A DNA stretch of 64,000 bases, taken from the NCBI GenBank assembly GCA_016713425.1, contig JADJPE010000005.1:3086143-3150142 (forward strand), written 5' to 3'. This DNA is from Deltaproteobacteria bacterium. GTDB taxonomy: Bacteria; Myxococcota; Kuafuiibacteriia; Kuafuiibacteriales; Kuafuiibacteriaceae. Of the stretch, positions 19,505 through 31,236 are shown piece after piece (positions within the stretch are counted from its first letter, which is position 1; each line of letters starts with the position of its first letter). The notes beneath the pieces are model-generated. The model saw only the letters and a program-made list of their open reading frames with translations. It was not told the DNA's origin and did not search any database. Both the position numbers and the translations under genes were made by a program.

Positions 19505-20800
19505 GGGCGGGCGATTTGTCCGAGCTGCGGTGCACGACGGATGCAGGAGACGGCGGCCCATCTCGTCGATGACGTGCTGCCCGATGTCGCGCTGCGGCAA
19601 TACGTGCTGAGCCCGCCGTTCGAACTGCGCGGTCTTCTCGCGTGCAAACGAGAAGTCTTGGCGAAGATGGTGAACTTTTTCGTTCGGGCGATCTTTGAGC
19701 AACTGACCGACTGGGCTCGATGTCAGGGTCTCACAGGACCGAAATGCGGCGCAGTCACCTTCATTCAGCGATTCACGAAGACCCTGAACATCTCACCCCA
19801 TCTTCATGTGCTCGTTCTCGACGGAGTCTTTGCGAACGAAGAAGAGGGTCCCCGTTTCGTCGAATGCCCAGCCCCAACGAATCGAGACCTTCTTTCGTTG
19901 GCCCAAAGGGTCTTCAAGAAGATGGAGAAATTTCTCGCGAAGAGCGGATATCTCCGAAGCGAGTCGGACGCTCTTGAGGAAGCATCGCTGACACCCGTGG
20001 AGCGCTGGTATGTGCGGGGCCTCGCGGAGCCATCGATGCTGTCGCCAAGTCGCATCGTGGACGTCAAGTCCACGGCGATCGAGTGTGGTGGATTCAGTGT
20101 TCATGCTCAGGTTCGTGTTGCCCAAGGCGATCGACGAGGACGAGAAAGGCTCTGCCTATATGCGGCCCGTCCGCCTTTCGCCGAAGGTCAACTTCGCATG
20201 ACCGATGATGGCCGAGTTCGGCTGACGCTTCGTCGTCCAGCGAAGAACGGCCAGGGTGCGATCGTTCTATCACCGGTTCAGTTTCTGAGGCGCCTCGCGT
20301 GGCTCGTTCCTCCCCGGCGCAGCATCAGGTTCGCTATGCGGGAGTTCTGGCCTCGGCCTCGAAAGTGCGGCGCGCGATTGTCCCAAGGCCCGCACCGGTT
20401 CTTCAGCTCGCCTTCCCGATCGAGAACATGAGGCCTCGGGTTCAGAAACATCGCATGTCGTGGGCCAAACTGTTGGCCCGCGTCTATTCGATTGATGGAG
20501 AGCGCTGCTTGAGCTGTGGCGGCCCACTTAGGCCGATCGGTGCGGTGACTGAATCGAGTCACGTCGCGCAGACTCTCGGTCGGATGCGACGGCAGCGATG
20601 CGCTCGAGATCCCCTCAGCTCGCCCTCGATCTCTGATCGACTCTACAAACCAACCCAAGGTCCCACGCTCCGGGCCTCGGCGCTTCTTGTCCGCGCGGTC
20701 GCACTGCTCGTCCGCTGGGGGGAGAGGTACGTCTGAACGCTGCGCGCAGGCTACGGAACTCAACGGCAGTCCCGTCTTGTGGCGTTCCAAACCGGCCAGA
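19505..20800 (+). pseudogene. IS91-family tnpA distal portion (copy C), separated from its 5' part by IS110
   Basis: ORF 19541..20431 and following frames match the consensus TnpA distal region. Confidence 0.55.
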
Positions 20801-20909
20801 CTGCGCGCAACATGTGACTCGTCGCACACCTGCGTCGGTTCTCCGACTGCTCCGGGCATGGTATCGACGACGCATAGTGAGTCGAAGCCGATTGATTGCC
20901 CTATCGGCC

Positions 20910-22861
20910 AAGGGGAGGATGGTGTCGAGCGCGCTGTAGCTCGAGATCGACCAATCCTTCGGCAGATCCGCGGGTGCGATATCGGTCCTAAACGGCGCGG
21001 GAGGAGGAATCTCAGGTGCGCCTGCGTGGGGGGGCGGCCACCGCCGAGGGGTCGCATCGACGGTCTCGGAGGCGGGGGCCTTGACGTAACGTACGATCCG
21101 GCCGGTCGTCATCGGCGCGAACGGCACCGAATACACGTCGAAACCTTCGGGACCGTAACCGCGATAGATGATCGTTCGACCGTCCGGGGTGATGCTGGGC
21201 TGAAAAGCGCCGGTGATGAGATTGGTGAGCTGGCGCGTCGTTCTTTGTGCGGTGTCGAACGCGTAGAGGTTGTAGATGCCGGTTCGGTCCGAAGCGAACA
21301 CGAGCCAACGGCCGTCGGGCGACCAGGTCGGGTCGGTGTCCTGCGCGCGGTCGCGTGTCACTTCCTCGACCATTGCACCGTCGAGATCATAGATGACGAT
21401 GTCTCGCCGGCCGCTTCGAAAACGGGCCACGGCGACCTGCTTTCCGTCGGGCGAAAAGCGCGGATTCGAAAACTGGACGTCCGGTTCGGCGGGCACCAAG
21501 ACGCGCGGGTGAATCGTGAGTCCGTCCGACTCCAGCCAGCTGAGCACGAGGCGATTCGCGCCGTAGGGTGACTGGACGAAGACGAGACGACGGCCGTCGG
21601 GCGAAACGTCGGGTTCCCTTGCCCGTAGTGATCCGGAGGCGGCGAGCCAGTCGCTGGCCTCGATCGGATCCACGACGACGGCCTCGAGGCGTTTTTTCGT
21701 CAGGTCGAATCGGAAGAGGTTGTTGTGCGCGTAGTACCGTTGATTGATCTCGGTCTGCTGCAGGTAGAAGGCTTGCCCATCCGGTGAAAAAGATACGCCG
21801 AGGCTCAGGGTGTCGTCGAGCAAGACCTCTTCGGCGGAGCCGTCCAATCGGATTCGACGTACCCGTGCGCCATCTACGGGTGAGCTTGCCGAAAACACGA
21901 TGTATTGGCCATCGGGGGTGACGCGCGGACCAACGCACTCACCCCCGTGGTGTGTGAGCCGAGTTGGCGTCGTCAGCGGGATGATGGTCGACGTCTTGAC
22001 GTGCTGGAGCATCGCTTCTGCTTCCGTTCTCACGTCTTGCTCGAAGTGGTTCCAAAGACTTGGCATGCTCTCGCCGAAGGTCATCTTGCTCGGAATGTAC
22101 GTGATGTAAGGAACTGGGTTGGCCGCATAGGTTCGGTGATAATCGAGCAGCGCGTCTTCGCCGTAGTGCGCGGCGAGCCAGAGCTGAAACCGGCCGCCGA
22201 AGAAGTACGCGACGTTGCTGAACGGCCAATTCGGATAGCCGCGGTAGCCGCGGTCGATCGATGGGAAAACGTCGTTGAGTGCGGCTGTTCGAAGCACCAT
22301 GTCGACGTAGGTGCTGCGGCCGCGCCCGGCGCCCGTCGACACCGTCTCTTCGTAGACGGCGAGCCCCTCGGTGAGCCATGCGGGCACGTACTGGCTCATG
22401 GCCACGTACTTGCCCAAGATCTGACGGCCCACCCACGGAAGACCGAAGGCCATGTCGAGGTGATAGATGTGCGCGAGTTCGTGAATGAGCACGGCGGTCA
22501 GCCAGTCGTCGTAGTCTTCGAGTCCCGACACCCGCGTCGGTGCGGTGACGAACAGGGTGATCGTTTTCGATGGGAGAATGGTTGCACTGCCGTTGGCGCT
22601 GTCGGTCTGGTCGTTGATGATGACGTTGATTCGGTCGTCCGGTGCCCAGTCGTAGCGCTCGGCGAGATAGGCCCACGATTCTTCGCCGATTTTCGCGGCA
22701 CGAAGCGCGATGCCGCCGTACCCTTCAGGATACATGACCAAAAAATGCGGTGTCTTCAGCGTGGAGTAGGGCATCTCGGGGTCGTAGGCCCCTGCCGCGC
22801 ACGCCGGGCGCGCGAGGACGGCTCCGGCCAGCGACAGCAGAAGGACGTGGGCGATGGCCAT
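20910..22861 (-). CDS. Secreted HExxH metallopeptidase fused to a PD40/TolB-like beta-propeller; 3' end abuts an IS91-like terminus
   Basis: Signal peptide MAIAHVLLLSLAGAV; LIHELAHIYH; repeated SPDG/TPDG propeller motifs; reading frame runs into the IS terminus at 20909 without a native stop. Confidence 0.55.
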
Positions 22862-22915
22862 GACGATGAAGGCGGCGACGACCCCGACGACCCGTACGAC
22901 GCCCCTGACGAAGGC

Positions 22916-23008
22916 GAGGGCGAGGGCGAGGGCGAGGGCGAGGGCGAGGGCGACGCGGACGAAGGCGAGGGCGAGGGCGAGGGCGAGGGCGAGGGCGAGG
23001 GCGAGGGC
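22916..23008. repeat. Two GAGGGC hexamer arrays (6 and 7 units), each preceded by gacgaaggc and followed by gacgcg
   Basis: Arrays at 22916..22951 and 22967..23008; 55-150 bp upstream of the minus-strand peptidase start. Confidence 0.85.
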
Positions 23009-23093
23009 GACGCGGACGAAGGCGACGCTGGCGCCGAGCGTTCGAAAACCAGCGGGCGCATTCACTCGCCGATGAGCTTGAATGAGTTGGTGG

Positions 23094-23987
23094 CTATCCA
23101 CGCGCTTTGATTTGGGCTTTGAAGATCTTGGCGATCTCGGAGGGTTCAACAACGTATCGATGTGCGCACAGATCGCAGTTCACGACGACCTCGCGGTTGG
23201 CTTCGATCATCTCCGCAAGGTCGGTCGGCCCGAGCATGCGAATCGAGCCCAACACCTTCTCCATGGAGCATCGGCACTGCCAGCCGAGGGGCACGGCGTC
23301 GATGGTTCGCGCATCCGGGAACATCGCCTCGACCAGCTCGTGCGCTGCGAGCTCGCGGCTTAGATGGCGCGTCAGCTGGCCATCGCGGAGATTTGTTCGA
23401 ATGCGTTCGAGGCGCTCGACGTCTCCATCTGGAAGCGCCTGCGTGAGGACGCCGGCCGCCCGAATCACAACACCTTCCGCGTCGGCCATGACGTCGGCCG
23501 ATAGGGCGGTGGGGATTTGGTCGGATTGATTCAAAAAGAACTCGAGGTCTTCGTCCACTTCGCCCTTCGTGATGGGCGTGGTGCTCTGCGTGTATTCCGC
23601 GGCGCGGTCGGACATTCGAATGACGGAGATCTCTCCTGGTTTCAGCGCGGGGGTCAGTGACCGACGGCTCAAGAGCGTCTCGCCCTCGAACAATGGAAAA
23701 CTGAGGTTGGGGTTCTTGGCGAAACCACGCAGATGGCCGTCGTGGGTGGCGTCGGCGAAGAGCTGGCGCAAGGTTGTGCGCATGACGAACTGGACGCTCG
23801 TCGTGCCGTTCCTCTTGGCGGTTGTGCTCATGAGCCCGACCGAGGTCAGGAGCCTTCCCAGCGCAACCGCGGATGTCACTTGGAGTTTGTGCGCCTCTTG
23901 CGCCGCACGGCAGGTCTGGGTGGTGACGGCGACGGCGACTTCGAGCCGTGACTGGGGGAGGGTGCATCGGATGCAGAGGTCTTCCAC
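23094..23987 (-). CDS. hslO: Hsp33 redox-regulated chaperone
   Basis: 297 aa; C-terminal zinc centre WQCRCS...VNCDLCAHRY. Confidence 0.85.
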   Translation of the reverse strand: MEDLCIRCTLPQSRLEVAVAVTTQTCRAAQEAHKLQVTSAVALGRLLTSVGLMSTTAKRNGTTSVQFVMRTTLRQLFADATHDGHLRGFAKNPNLSFPLFEGETLLSRRSLTPALKPGEISVIRMSDRAAEYTQSTTPITKGEVDEDLEFFLNQSDQIPTALSADVMADAEGVVIRAAGVLTQALPDGDVERLERIRTNLRDGQLTRHLSRELAAHELVEAMFPDARTIDAVPLGWQCRCSMEKVLGSIRMLGPTDLAEMIEANREVVVNCDLCAHRYVVEPSEIAKIFKAQIKARG

Positions 23988-24640
23988 GGCTCGAAGAGCG
24001 TAACATCGATCTCATGCTGAAGGGATTCGACGTTGCGCCGAGCCCCGAAGCTCGAGGTCGTCCGAATGATGGTGTCTTTGCGCGCGAGGTCCTCCACCGC
24101 GATGCACCCATGTTTGGCCTCGATCACGACTACCGCCGCCGTTGCCGAGAGCATTTCTCTGAGCGCATCGGAGATCTCGTGGGTGAGGTCTTCCTGCAGG
24201 ATGAGGCGGTGGCTCATGGCGTCGACCAATCGAAACAGCCGGGCCAGGCCTGGGATCTTCCCGTTCGGTAGGAAGGCAAGGTGTGCCTGTCCGTGGGCCA
24301 TCATCAGGTGATGTGGACAGGTGAAGACGAGTGGAATTCGAGTCGAGACCACGGATCCGCGGTGCTGGGAGGTAAACCCGCTACCGAGCACGCCGAGACC
24401 ATCCTGGGCGTAGCCGGCGGTGAGGACTTCGATGAAGGCGCGGGTGACTCGTGTCGGGGTATCACGGAGTTCCACGTCCGCCGGGTCGAAACCGAGTGCG
24501 TCGAGGAACGCACGGAGCGCGTCTTCTGCCCGCGCCCGGTCGGGGGCACGAACCCGCGGGATGGCCCGGCCGGGCGGGATGGCGCGCCTGCTTCCTCGGG
24601 GCATCTCAGCGGTGGTCGCTGGCGTAACGGCTGCCGTCAA
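23876..24640 (-). CDS. folE: GTP cyclohydrolase I
   Basis: FTCPHHLMMAHGQAHLAFLPNGKIPGLARLFRLVD and VVVIEAKHGC match FolE core motifs; 3' end overlaps hslO by 112 bp, so the true C-terminus is uncertain. Confidence 0.7.
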   Translation of the reverse strand: MTAAVTPATTAEMPRGSRRAIPPGRAIPRVRAPDRARAEDALRAFLDALGFDPADVELRDTPTRVTRAFIEVLTAGYAQDGLGVLGSGFTSQHRGSVVSTRIPLVFTCPHHLMMAHGQAHLAFLPNGKIPGLARLFRLVDAMSHRLILQEDLTHEISDALREMLSATAAVVVIEAKHGCIAVEDLARKDTIIRTTSSFGARRNVESLQHEIDVTLFEPWKTSASDAPSPSHGSKSPSPSPPRPAVRRKRRTNSK

Positions 24641-24955
24641 GCGTAAACGCCGGCCCTTTTGGGGCCTGGCGATGACGGCCTTTCAGGGCCAGCGACGAGG
24701 CCTTTCGGGCCGCGACGGTCCGACGGGTCCGACTTGTTCATTGACGGCTGGACTTCGCGCGACCTACCAGCAGAATCTCGTGAATGGGCAGATCCTCGTG
24801 GACTTGCAGTTCTTGGACGATCAGCAGGCTCCGCTCGACGTAAGGACAAGGAGCCAGTTCGGTGCTTCCCTCTGAGTTCAAACCAAACGCAAGCCCCGCG
24901 CTGAGCGTCGTTCGTTATGCCGACAGCGCAATACCCACCGCGCGCGGCCGGTTCC

Positions 24956-25684
24956 ATCCGCGGCGAGACCGATCCTGAGAAGCTGGTCGACCGCAGGCGT
25001 GGTCGTCTCAAGGCCACGCGAGCTGAGCTCGTCGAAGCCCTGCGCGGTCGCGTCACTCGGAATCATCGCTTTCTTCTCGAGCTTCACTTGAACCAGATCG
25101 ACGCCCTCGACAAGTCGATCGAGAGCGTGGAGAAGGAGGTCGGCGAGCTGCTGGAGCCCTTTCGAGCTGCCGCCGAGCTCCTGAAGACGATCCCAGGCGT
25201 CAGCGATACCGTCGCCGATGTGATCATCGCGGAGATCGGGGTCGACATGTTGCGCTTTCCAACTGCAGGGCATCTCGTTTCCTGGGCAGGTCTCTGCCCT
25301 GGCAATGATGAGAGCGCCGGCAAACGTCGCTCCACTCGCGTTCGAAAAGGATCTCCGTGGCTCAAGACAACGTTGGTCCAAGCGGCATGGGCGGGATCCC
25401 GTACGCGCGGAACGTACCTGCGTACACAGTTCCTGCGCCTCAAGACTCGCCGCGGTCCTAAGAAGGCCATCATGGCGGTCGCCGCATCGATGCTGACCGC
25501 CATCTATTACATGCTCCGAGACTCCGTCCCCTACCGCGATCTTGGCCCCGACTACTTCGACCGCATGGACACGACCAAGGTGACCACCCGCCTGGTTCGC
25601 AGGCTCGAGAGCCTCGGGTTCCATGTCGAGCTCAAGGAGGCATCCTAAGCGAAAACGATCGTCATCAGCCGTGGTTTCGTTCTA
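24956..25684 (+). mobile_element. IS110-family element, 5'-truncated copy 3 (3' ~730 bp only)
   Basis: Homology begins at ...IRGETDPEKL (transposase residue ~180); right junction identical to copies 1 and 2. Confidence 0.7.
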
Positions 25685-27088
25685 GGGGCGGGCGATTTGT
25701 CCGAGCTGCGGTGCACGACGGATGCAGGAGACGGCGGCCCATCTCGTCGATGACGTGCTGCCCGATGTCGCGCTGCGGCAATACGTGCTGAGCCCGCCGT
25801 TCGAACTGCGCGGTCTTCTCGCGTGCAAACGAGAAGTCTTGGCGAAGATGGTGAACTTTTTCGTTCGGGCGATCTTTGAGCAACTGACCGACTGGGCTCG
25901 ATGTCAGGGTCTCACAGGACCGAAATGCGGCGCAGTCACCTTCATTCAGCGATTCACGAAGACCCTGAACATCTCACCCCATCTTCATGTGCTCGTTCTC
26001 GACGGAGTCTTTGCGAACGAAGAAGAGGGTCCCCGTTTCGTCGAATGCCCAGCCCCAACGAATCGAGACCTTCTTTCGTTGGCCCAAAGGGTCTTCAAGA
26101 AGATGGAGAAATTTCTCGCGAAGAGCGGATATCTCCGAAGCGAGTCGGACGCTCTTGAGGAAGCATCGCTGACACCCGTGGAGCGCTGGTATGTGCGGGG
26201 CCTCGCGGAGCCATCGATGCTGTCGCCAAGTCGCATCGTGGACGTCAAGTCCACGGCGATCGAGTGTGGTGGATTCAGTGTTCATGCTCAGGTTCGTGTT
26301 GCCCAAGGCGATCGACGAGGACGAGAAAGGCTCTGCCTATATGCGGCCCGTCCGCCTTTCGCCGAAGGTCAACTTCGCATGACCGATGATGGCCGAGTTC
26401 GGCTGACGCTTCGTCGTCCAGCGAAGAACGGCCAGGGTGCGATCGTTCTATCACCGGTTCAGTTTCTGAGGCGCCTCGCGTGGCTCGTTCCTCCCCGGCG
26501 CAGCATCAGGTTCGCTATGCGGGAGTTCTGGCCTCGGCCTCGAAAGTGCGGCGCGCGATTGTCCCAAGGCCCGCACCGGTTCTTCAGCTCGCCTTCCCGA
26601 TCGAGAACATGAGGCCTCGGGTTCAGAAACATCGCATGTCGTGGGCCAAACTGTTGGCCCGCGTCTATTCGATTGATGGAGAGCGCTGCTTGAGCTGTGG
26701 CGGCCCACTTAGGCCGATCGGTGCGGTGACTGAATCGAGTCACGTCGCGCAGACTCTCGGTCGGATGCGACGGCAGCGATGCGCTCGAGATCCCCTCAGC
26801 TCGCCCTCGATCTCTGATCGACTCTACAAACCAACCCAAGGTCCCACGCTCCGGGCCTCGGCGCTTCTTGTCCGCGCGGTCGCACTGCTCGTCCGCTGGG
26901 GAGAGGTACGTCTGAACGCTGCGCGCAGGCTACGGAACTCAACGGCAGTCCCGTCTTGTGGCGTTCCAAACCGGCCAGACTGCGCGCAACATGTGACTCG
27001 TCGCACACCTGCGTCGGTTCTCCGACTGCTCCGGGCATGGTATCGACGACGCATAGTGAGTCGAAGCCGATTGATTGCCCTATCGGCC
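25685..27088 (+). mobile_element. IS91-like distal portion, copy D, downstream of the truncated IS110
   Basis: tnpA from GRAICPSCGARRMQ (ORF 25722..26612 onward); terminus at 27088. Confidence 0.6.
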
Positions 27089-28282
27089 CGATTCCCGTGG
27101 TTCCGGCCCCCGCCCAGCTCATCTTGGCCTTGGTTCAAGCTCTTTCAGAAGGGAGCATGCTCGGCGGCTACGCGTTCTCTACTTATCAGACGAAGGATCC
27201 CAAACCCATTTCGCTCAAGGAACTCCGCATTGCGTTCGTTGCGGAGGATGTTCAGGGCGTCAAGGGTGCGTCGATCCGGGGCGCGATCGTTCGTGGACAG
27301 GCCATTGCGGAGGGCGTCCTCGCCGCACGTTCGCTCGTCAACGAGCCGCCAAACGTGCTTTCGCCGCCCGAACTGGCGGATCGGGCACGCAAGATGTGCA
27401 AGACCGCGGAGCTTAGCCATCGCGTCTTGGGGTGCGAGACCTTGAACGCCAAGGCATGCGTCTCATTCTGGCTGTGGGGCGGGGCAGTGAGCACGAGCCT
27501 CGACTGATACACATGACGTACACGCCCGAGAAGGGAACTGAGGCTAAGCGCACCGTGTGCATCGTGGGGAAGGGGCTGACCTTCGATGCCGGCGGGCTAT
27601 CGCTCAAACCCAATGATTCCATGGTCGACATGAAGGCCGACATGGGAGGCGCCGCCGCGGTATTGGGCGCGATGGAGGCCATCGCGAAGCTGAAGCCCGA
27701 CGTCGTCGTTCACGGGATCATTGGCGTCGCGGAGAACATGCCGGATGGGCGCGCGATTCGACCGGGCGATGTTTTCGTCTCGAAAAAAGGCCTGACCGTC
27801 GAGGTCCTCAACACCGATGCGGAGGGTCGCCTCGTGCTCGCGGATGCGCTTTCCTATGCGCAGGATCTCTCGCCCACCGAGATCATCGACTTGGCGACGT
27901 TGACCGGGGCGTGCATGGTCGCGCTCGGCCGGACGATCGCGGGTGCGTTTGTGAGCGATGAGGGCCTGGTGGAGAGCTGGCGCAGGCCTGGGAGCGTTCC
28001 GGCGAGAAGTTCTGGCGTCTGCCGCTCGATCCGGAGCTGCGCGAGCTGCTCGACAGCGACATCGCCGACATCAAGAATGTCGCCGATCGGTACGGAGGTG
28101 CGATCACGGCCGCGCTGTTTCTGCGAGATTTCGTTGAGCGAAGCGTGAAGTGGGCGCATCTCGACATCGCCGGCCCAGTGTTGAGCGTGAAGGACGTCGG
28201 CTATCTCCCGAAGGGCGGCACGGGGTTTGGTGTTCGAACGCTGGTTGAGTTCGTCTGCGGACCCAACGTGCTTCGGATCTGA
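27089..28282 (+). pseudogene. pepA: Leucyl aminopeptidase (M17), 5'-truncated by IS with two internal frameshifts
   Basis: NTDAEGRLVLADAL signature; three frames needed (shifts near 27440 and 27960); starts directly at the IS91-like terminus. Confidence 0.65.
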
Positions 28283-28577
28283 CTTTGTTGGCGGCCGGCC
28301 GAGGTCTCGCTCTCGGCCGAGAATGACCCCGCGGGACGGTGATGCTCGCTGCACTCTGAGAGACGGCACGTCCGCCCGTTTGAGCGCTCTGCGACTATGA
28401 CAGATGCCCGGCCAGCATGAAGCCGACGGCGGCTCCGACGCTCAAGCCCAGGATCACGCCCGATACGAACCATCGCATGGTGTGTGCGGGGACCGCGGCT
28501 GTCGTGGGCGACGACACCATCGTCGATTCGGATGACGTCGACAAGGCGGCGGACGTGGCCGACACGGGTGGCCTGGA

Positions 28578-30064
28578 ACTGCGGGATCTTGGAACGCGGG
28601 TTCGTCCTTCTTTTCTGCGACCGATGCCAGCGTGAGCATGCTGTGGCCTTTTCGTGCAAGGGGCGGGCGATTTGTCCGAGCTGCGGTGCACGACGGATGC
28701 AGGAGACGGCGGCCCATCTCGTCGATGACGTGCTGCCCGATGTCGCGCTGCGGCAATACGTGCTGAGCCCGCCGTTCGAACTGCGCGGTCTTCTCGCGTG
28801 CAAACGAGAAGTCTTGGCGAAGATGGTGAACTTTTTCGTTGGGGCGATCTTTGAGCAACTGACCGACTGGGCTCGATGTCAGGGTCTCACAGGACCGAAA
28901 TGCGGCGCAGTCACCTTCATTCAGCGATTCACGAAGACCCTGAACATCTCACCCCATCTTCATGTGCTCGTTCTCGACGGAGTCTTTGCGAACGAAGAAG
29001 AGGGTCCCCGTTTCGTCGAATGCCCAGCCCCAACGAATCGAGACCTTCTTTCGTTGGCCCAAAGGGTCTTCAAGAAGATGGAGAAATTTCTCGCGAAGAG
29101 CGGATATCTCCGAAGCGAGTCGGACGCTCTTGAGGAAGCATCGCTGACACCCGTGGAGCGCTGGTATGTGCGGGGCCTCGCGGAGCCATCGATGCTGTCG
29201 CCAAGTCGCATCGTGGACGTCAAGTCCACGGCGATCGAGTGTGGTGGATTCAGTGTTCATGCTCAGGTTCGTGTTGCCCAAGGCGATCGACGAGGACGAG
29301 AAAGGCTCTGCCTATATGCGGCCCGTCCGCCTTTCGCCGAAGGTCAACTTCGCATGACCGATGATGGCCGAGTTCGGCTGACGCTTCGTCGTCCAGCGAA
29401 GAACGGCCAGGGTGCGATCGTTCTATCACCGGTTCAGTTTCTGAGGCGCCTCGCGTGGCTCGTTCCTCCCCGGCGCAGCATCAGGTTCGCTATGCGGGAG
29501 TTCTGGCCTCGGCCTCGAAAGTGCGGCGCGCGATTGTCCCAAGGCCCGCACCGGTTCTTCAGCTCGCCTTCCCGATCGAGAACATGAGGCCTCGGGTTCA
29601 GAAACATCGCATGTCGTGGGCCAAACTGTTGGCCCGCGTCTATTCGATTGATGGAGAGCGCTGCTTGAGCTGTGGCGGCCCACTTAGGCCGATCGGTGCG
29701 GTGACTGAATCGAGTCACGTCGCGCAGACTCTCGGTCGGATGCGACGGCAGCGATGCGCTCGAGATCCCCTCAGCTCGCCCTCGATCTCTGATCGACTCT
29801 ACAAACCAACCCAAGGTCCCACGCTCCGGGCCTCGGCGCTTCTTGTCCGCGCGGTCGCACTGCTCGTCCGCTGGGGGAGAGGTACGTCTGAACGCTGCGC
29901 GCAGGCTACGGAACTCAACGGCAGTCCCGTCTTGTGGCGTTCCAAACCGGCCAGACTGCGCGCAACATGTGACTCGTCGCACACCTGCGTCGGTTCTCCG
30001 ACTGCTCCGGGCATGGTATCGACGACGCATAGTGAGTCGAAGCCGATTGATTGCCCTATCGGCC
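28578..30064 (+). mobile_element. IS91-like element, copy E; 5'-truncated within the tnpA Zn-binding region
   Basis: Homology begins at ...CGILERGF; ORF 28484..29587 and following; terminus at 30064. Confidence 0.6.
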
Positions 30065-30849
30065 CCCTCTGGGCACGCGACATTCGAGGACGGGCACACC
30101 ATCGGACCCGTCGACTTCCTACGCTTGCGCTCCGGCTACACGGTCGCCGATGCCGCCACCGTCTTCGATCAGGCGTTCGCGCGCGAAGACATCATCGAGT
30201 GCGGGTGCAACATGCACGCGCGTCGATACTTCGTGAAGGCCCTCGACGGCGGAGAGCCACGCGCCGCGATCGCGATCGCGATCGCGATCGATGCCTACCA
30301 GGCGCTCTACTGCATCGAGAAGGAAGCGAGAGACCTCGAGCCGAGAGAACGCCTTCGACTTCGGCGTGACCGCAGCGCGCCGATCTTCAACAAGCTTCTC
30401 GAGTGGGTCGAGTCGATCAAAGACGACGAGCCTCCTTCACTGCGCTTCGGTCGAGCGCTCAACTACTTCTCGAACCAGAAAGTGCCGCTGAGTCAGTTCC
30501 TCACGGATGGCCGCGTCCCAATCGACAACGGCGTTGTTGAGCGTCTGCACGTGCGCGCGCGCTGACTCGGAAAAACTTCCTCTTCGCCGGGTCAGAGCGT
30601 GGCGCTCAGAGCGCCGCCAGCATCTTCTCGCTCTTGGGCTCGTGCGCGCTCTGCGGCATCGACCCCGTCGAGTATCTCGCCACCGTCATGCCCATTCTCG
30701 CGCGAGGCGTCATCGAGAAGGACGTCATCGACCTCATGCCCCGCAATTCCCCACTCTGACTGAGCGTCGCGACCTCCCGGGCCGCCAGGCTCAGGGGATG
30801 AATCTTGTCCCGGCTCGAGGAAGAATCCGGCGGTCGCCCGGACACTCAC
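30065..30849 (+). mobile_element. IS66-family 3' fragment with the tnpC C-terminal half
   Basis: Starts at ...SGHATFEDGHTIGP directly after the IS91-like terminus and ends at ...cccggacactcac, which reads GTGAGTGTCC in reverse complement, like an IS66 terminus. Confidence 0.6.
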
Positions 30850-31236
30850 GTGTGGCCCCAGCGACCATCGCGATCAATGCTCCCGCGAGTCCGGCGCCGA
30901 GCGTGATCCAGCCGGTCTTCGCATCACCCTCCACGACCATGTAGATGCTCCCGACCGAAGACAACGGTATCGCCGTGAGGCCCGTCCAGAACATCGCCTG
31001 GCCAGCGATCTTCGCGCCGCCGGTGCCCGCGCGGCCCGATCCGCCGCCTGCTCCACACAAGCAAGGCCCGCCTTGAGCCTAGTCCAGGAACCCGAGCGCG
31101 CGATCTCAACGCCCTTCCGCGTGGCAGCCAAGCCACCACTGCGCCCCATCCATCGCCCAGCCTGAGCGCATCGACCTCGATGGGCTTGAGCGGCAATACA
31201 TGGAGCTATCCATCACCATGCCTCGCAACAGATTCC

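Larger units (their letters stand above)
17865..20909 (+). mobile_element. IS91-like element, copy C; 5'-truncated, carrying a nested IS110 insertion
   Basis: tnpA Zn-binding region interrupted after ...AFSCK at 18010 and resuming at 19504 (GRAICPSCGARRMQ...); 3' terminus at 20909. Confidence 0.6.

Noticed and set aside
21905-23110. 401-aa plus-strand ORF with C-terminal (Gly-Glu)n repeat
   Set aside because: Antisense to the HExxH/PD40 peptidase gene; the repeat is the translation of the GAGGGC hexamer arrays.
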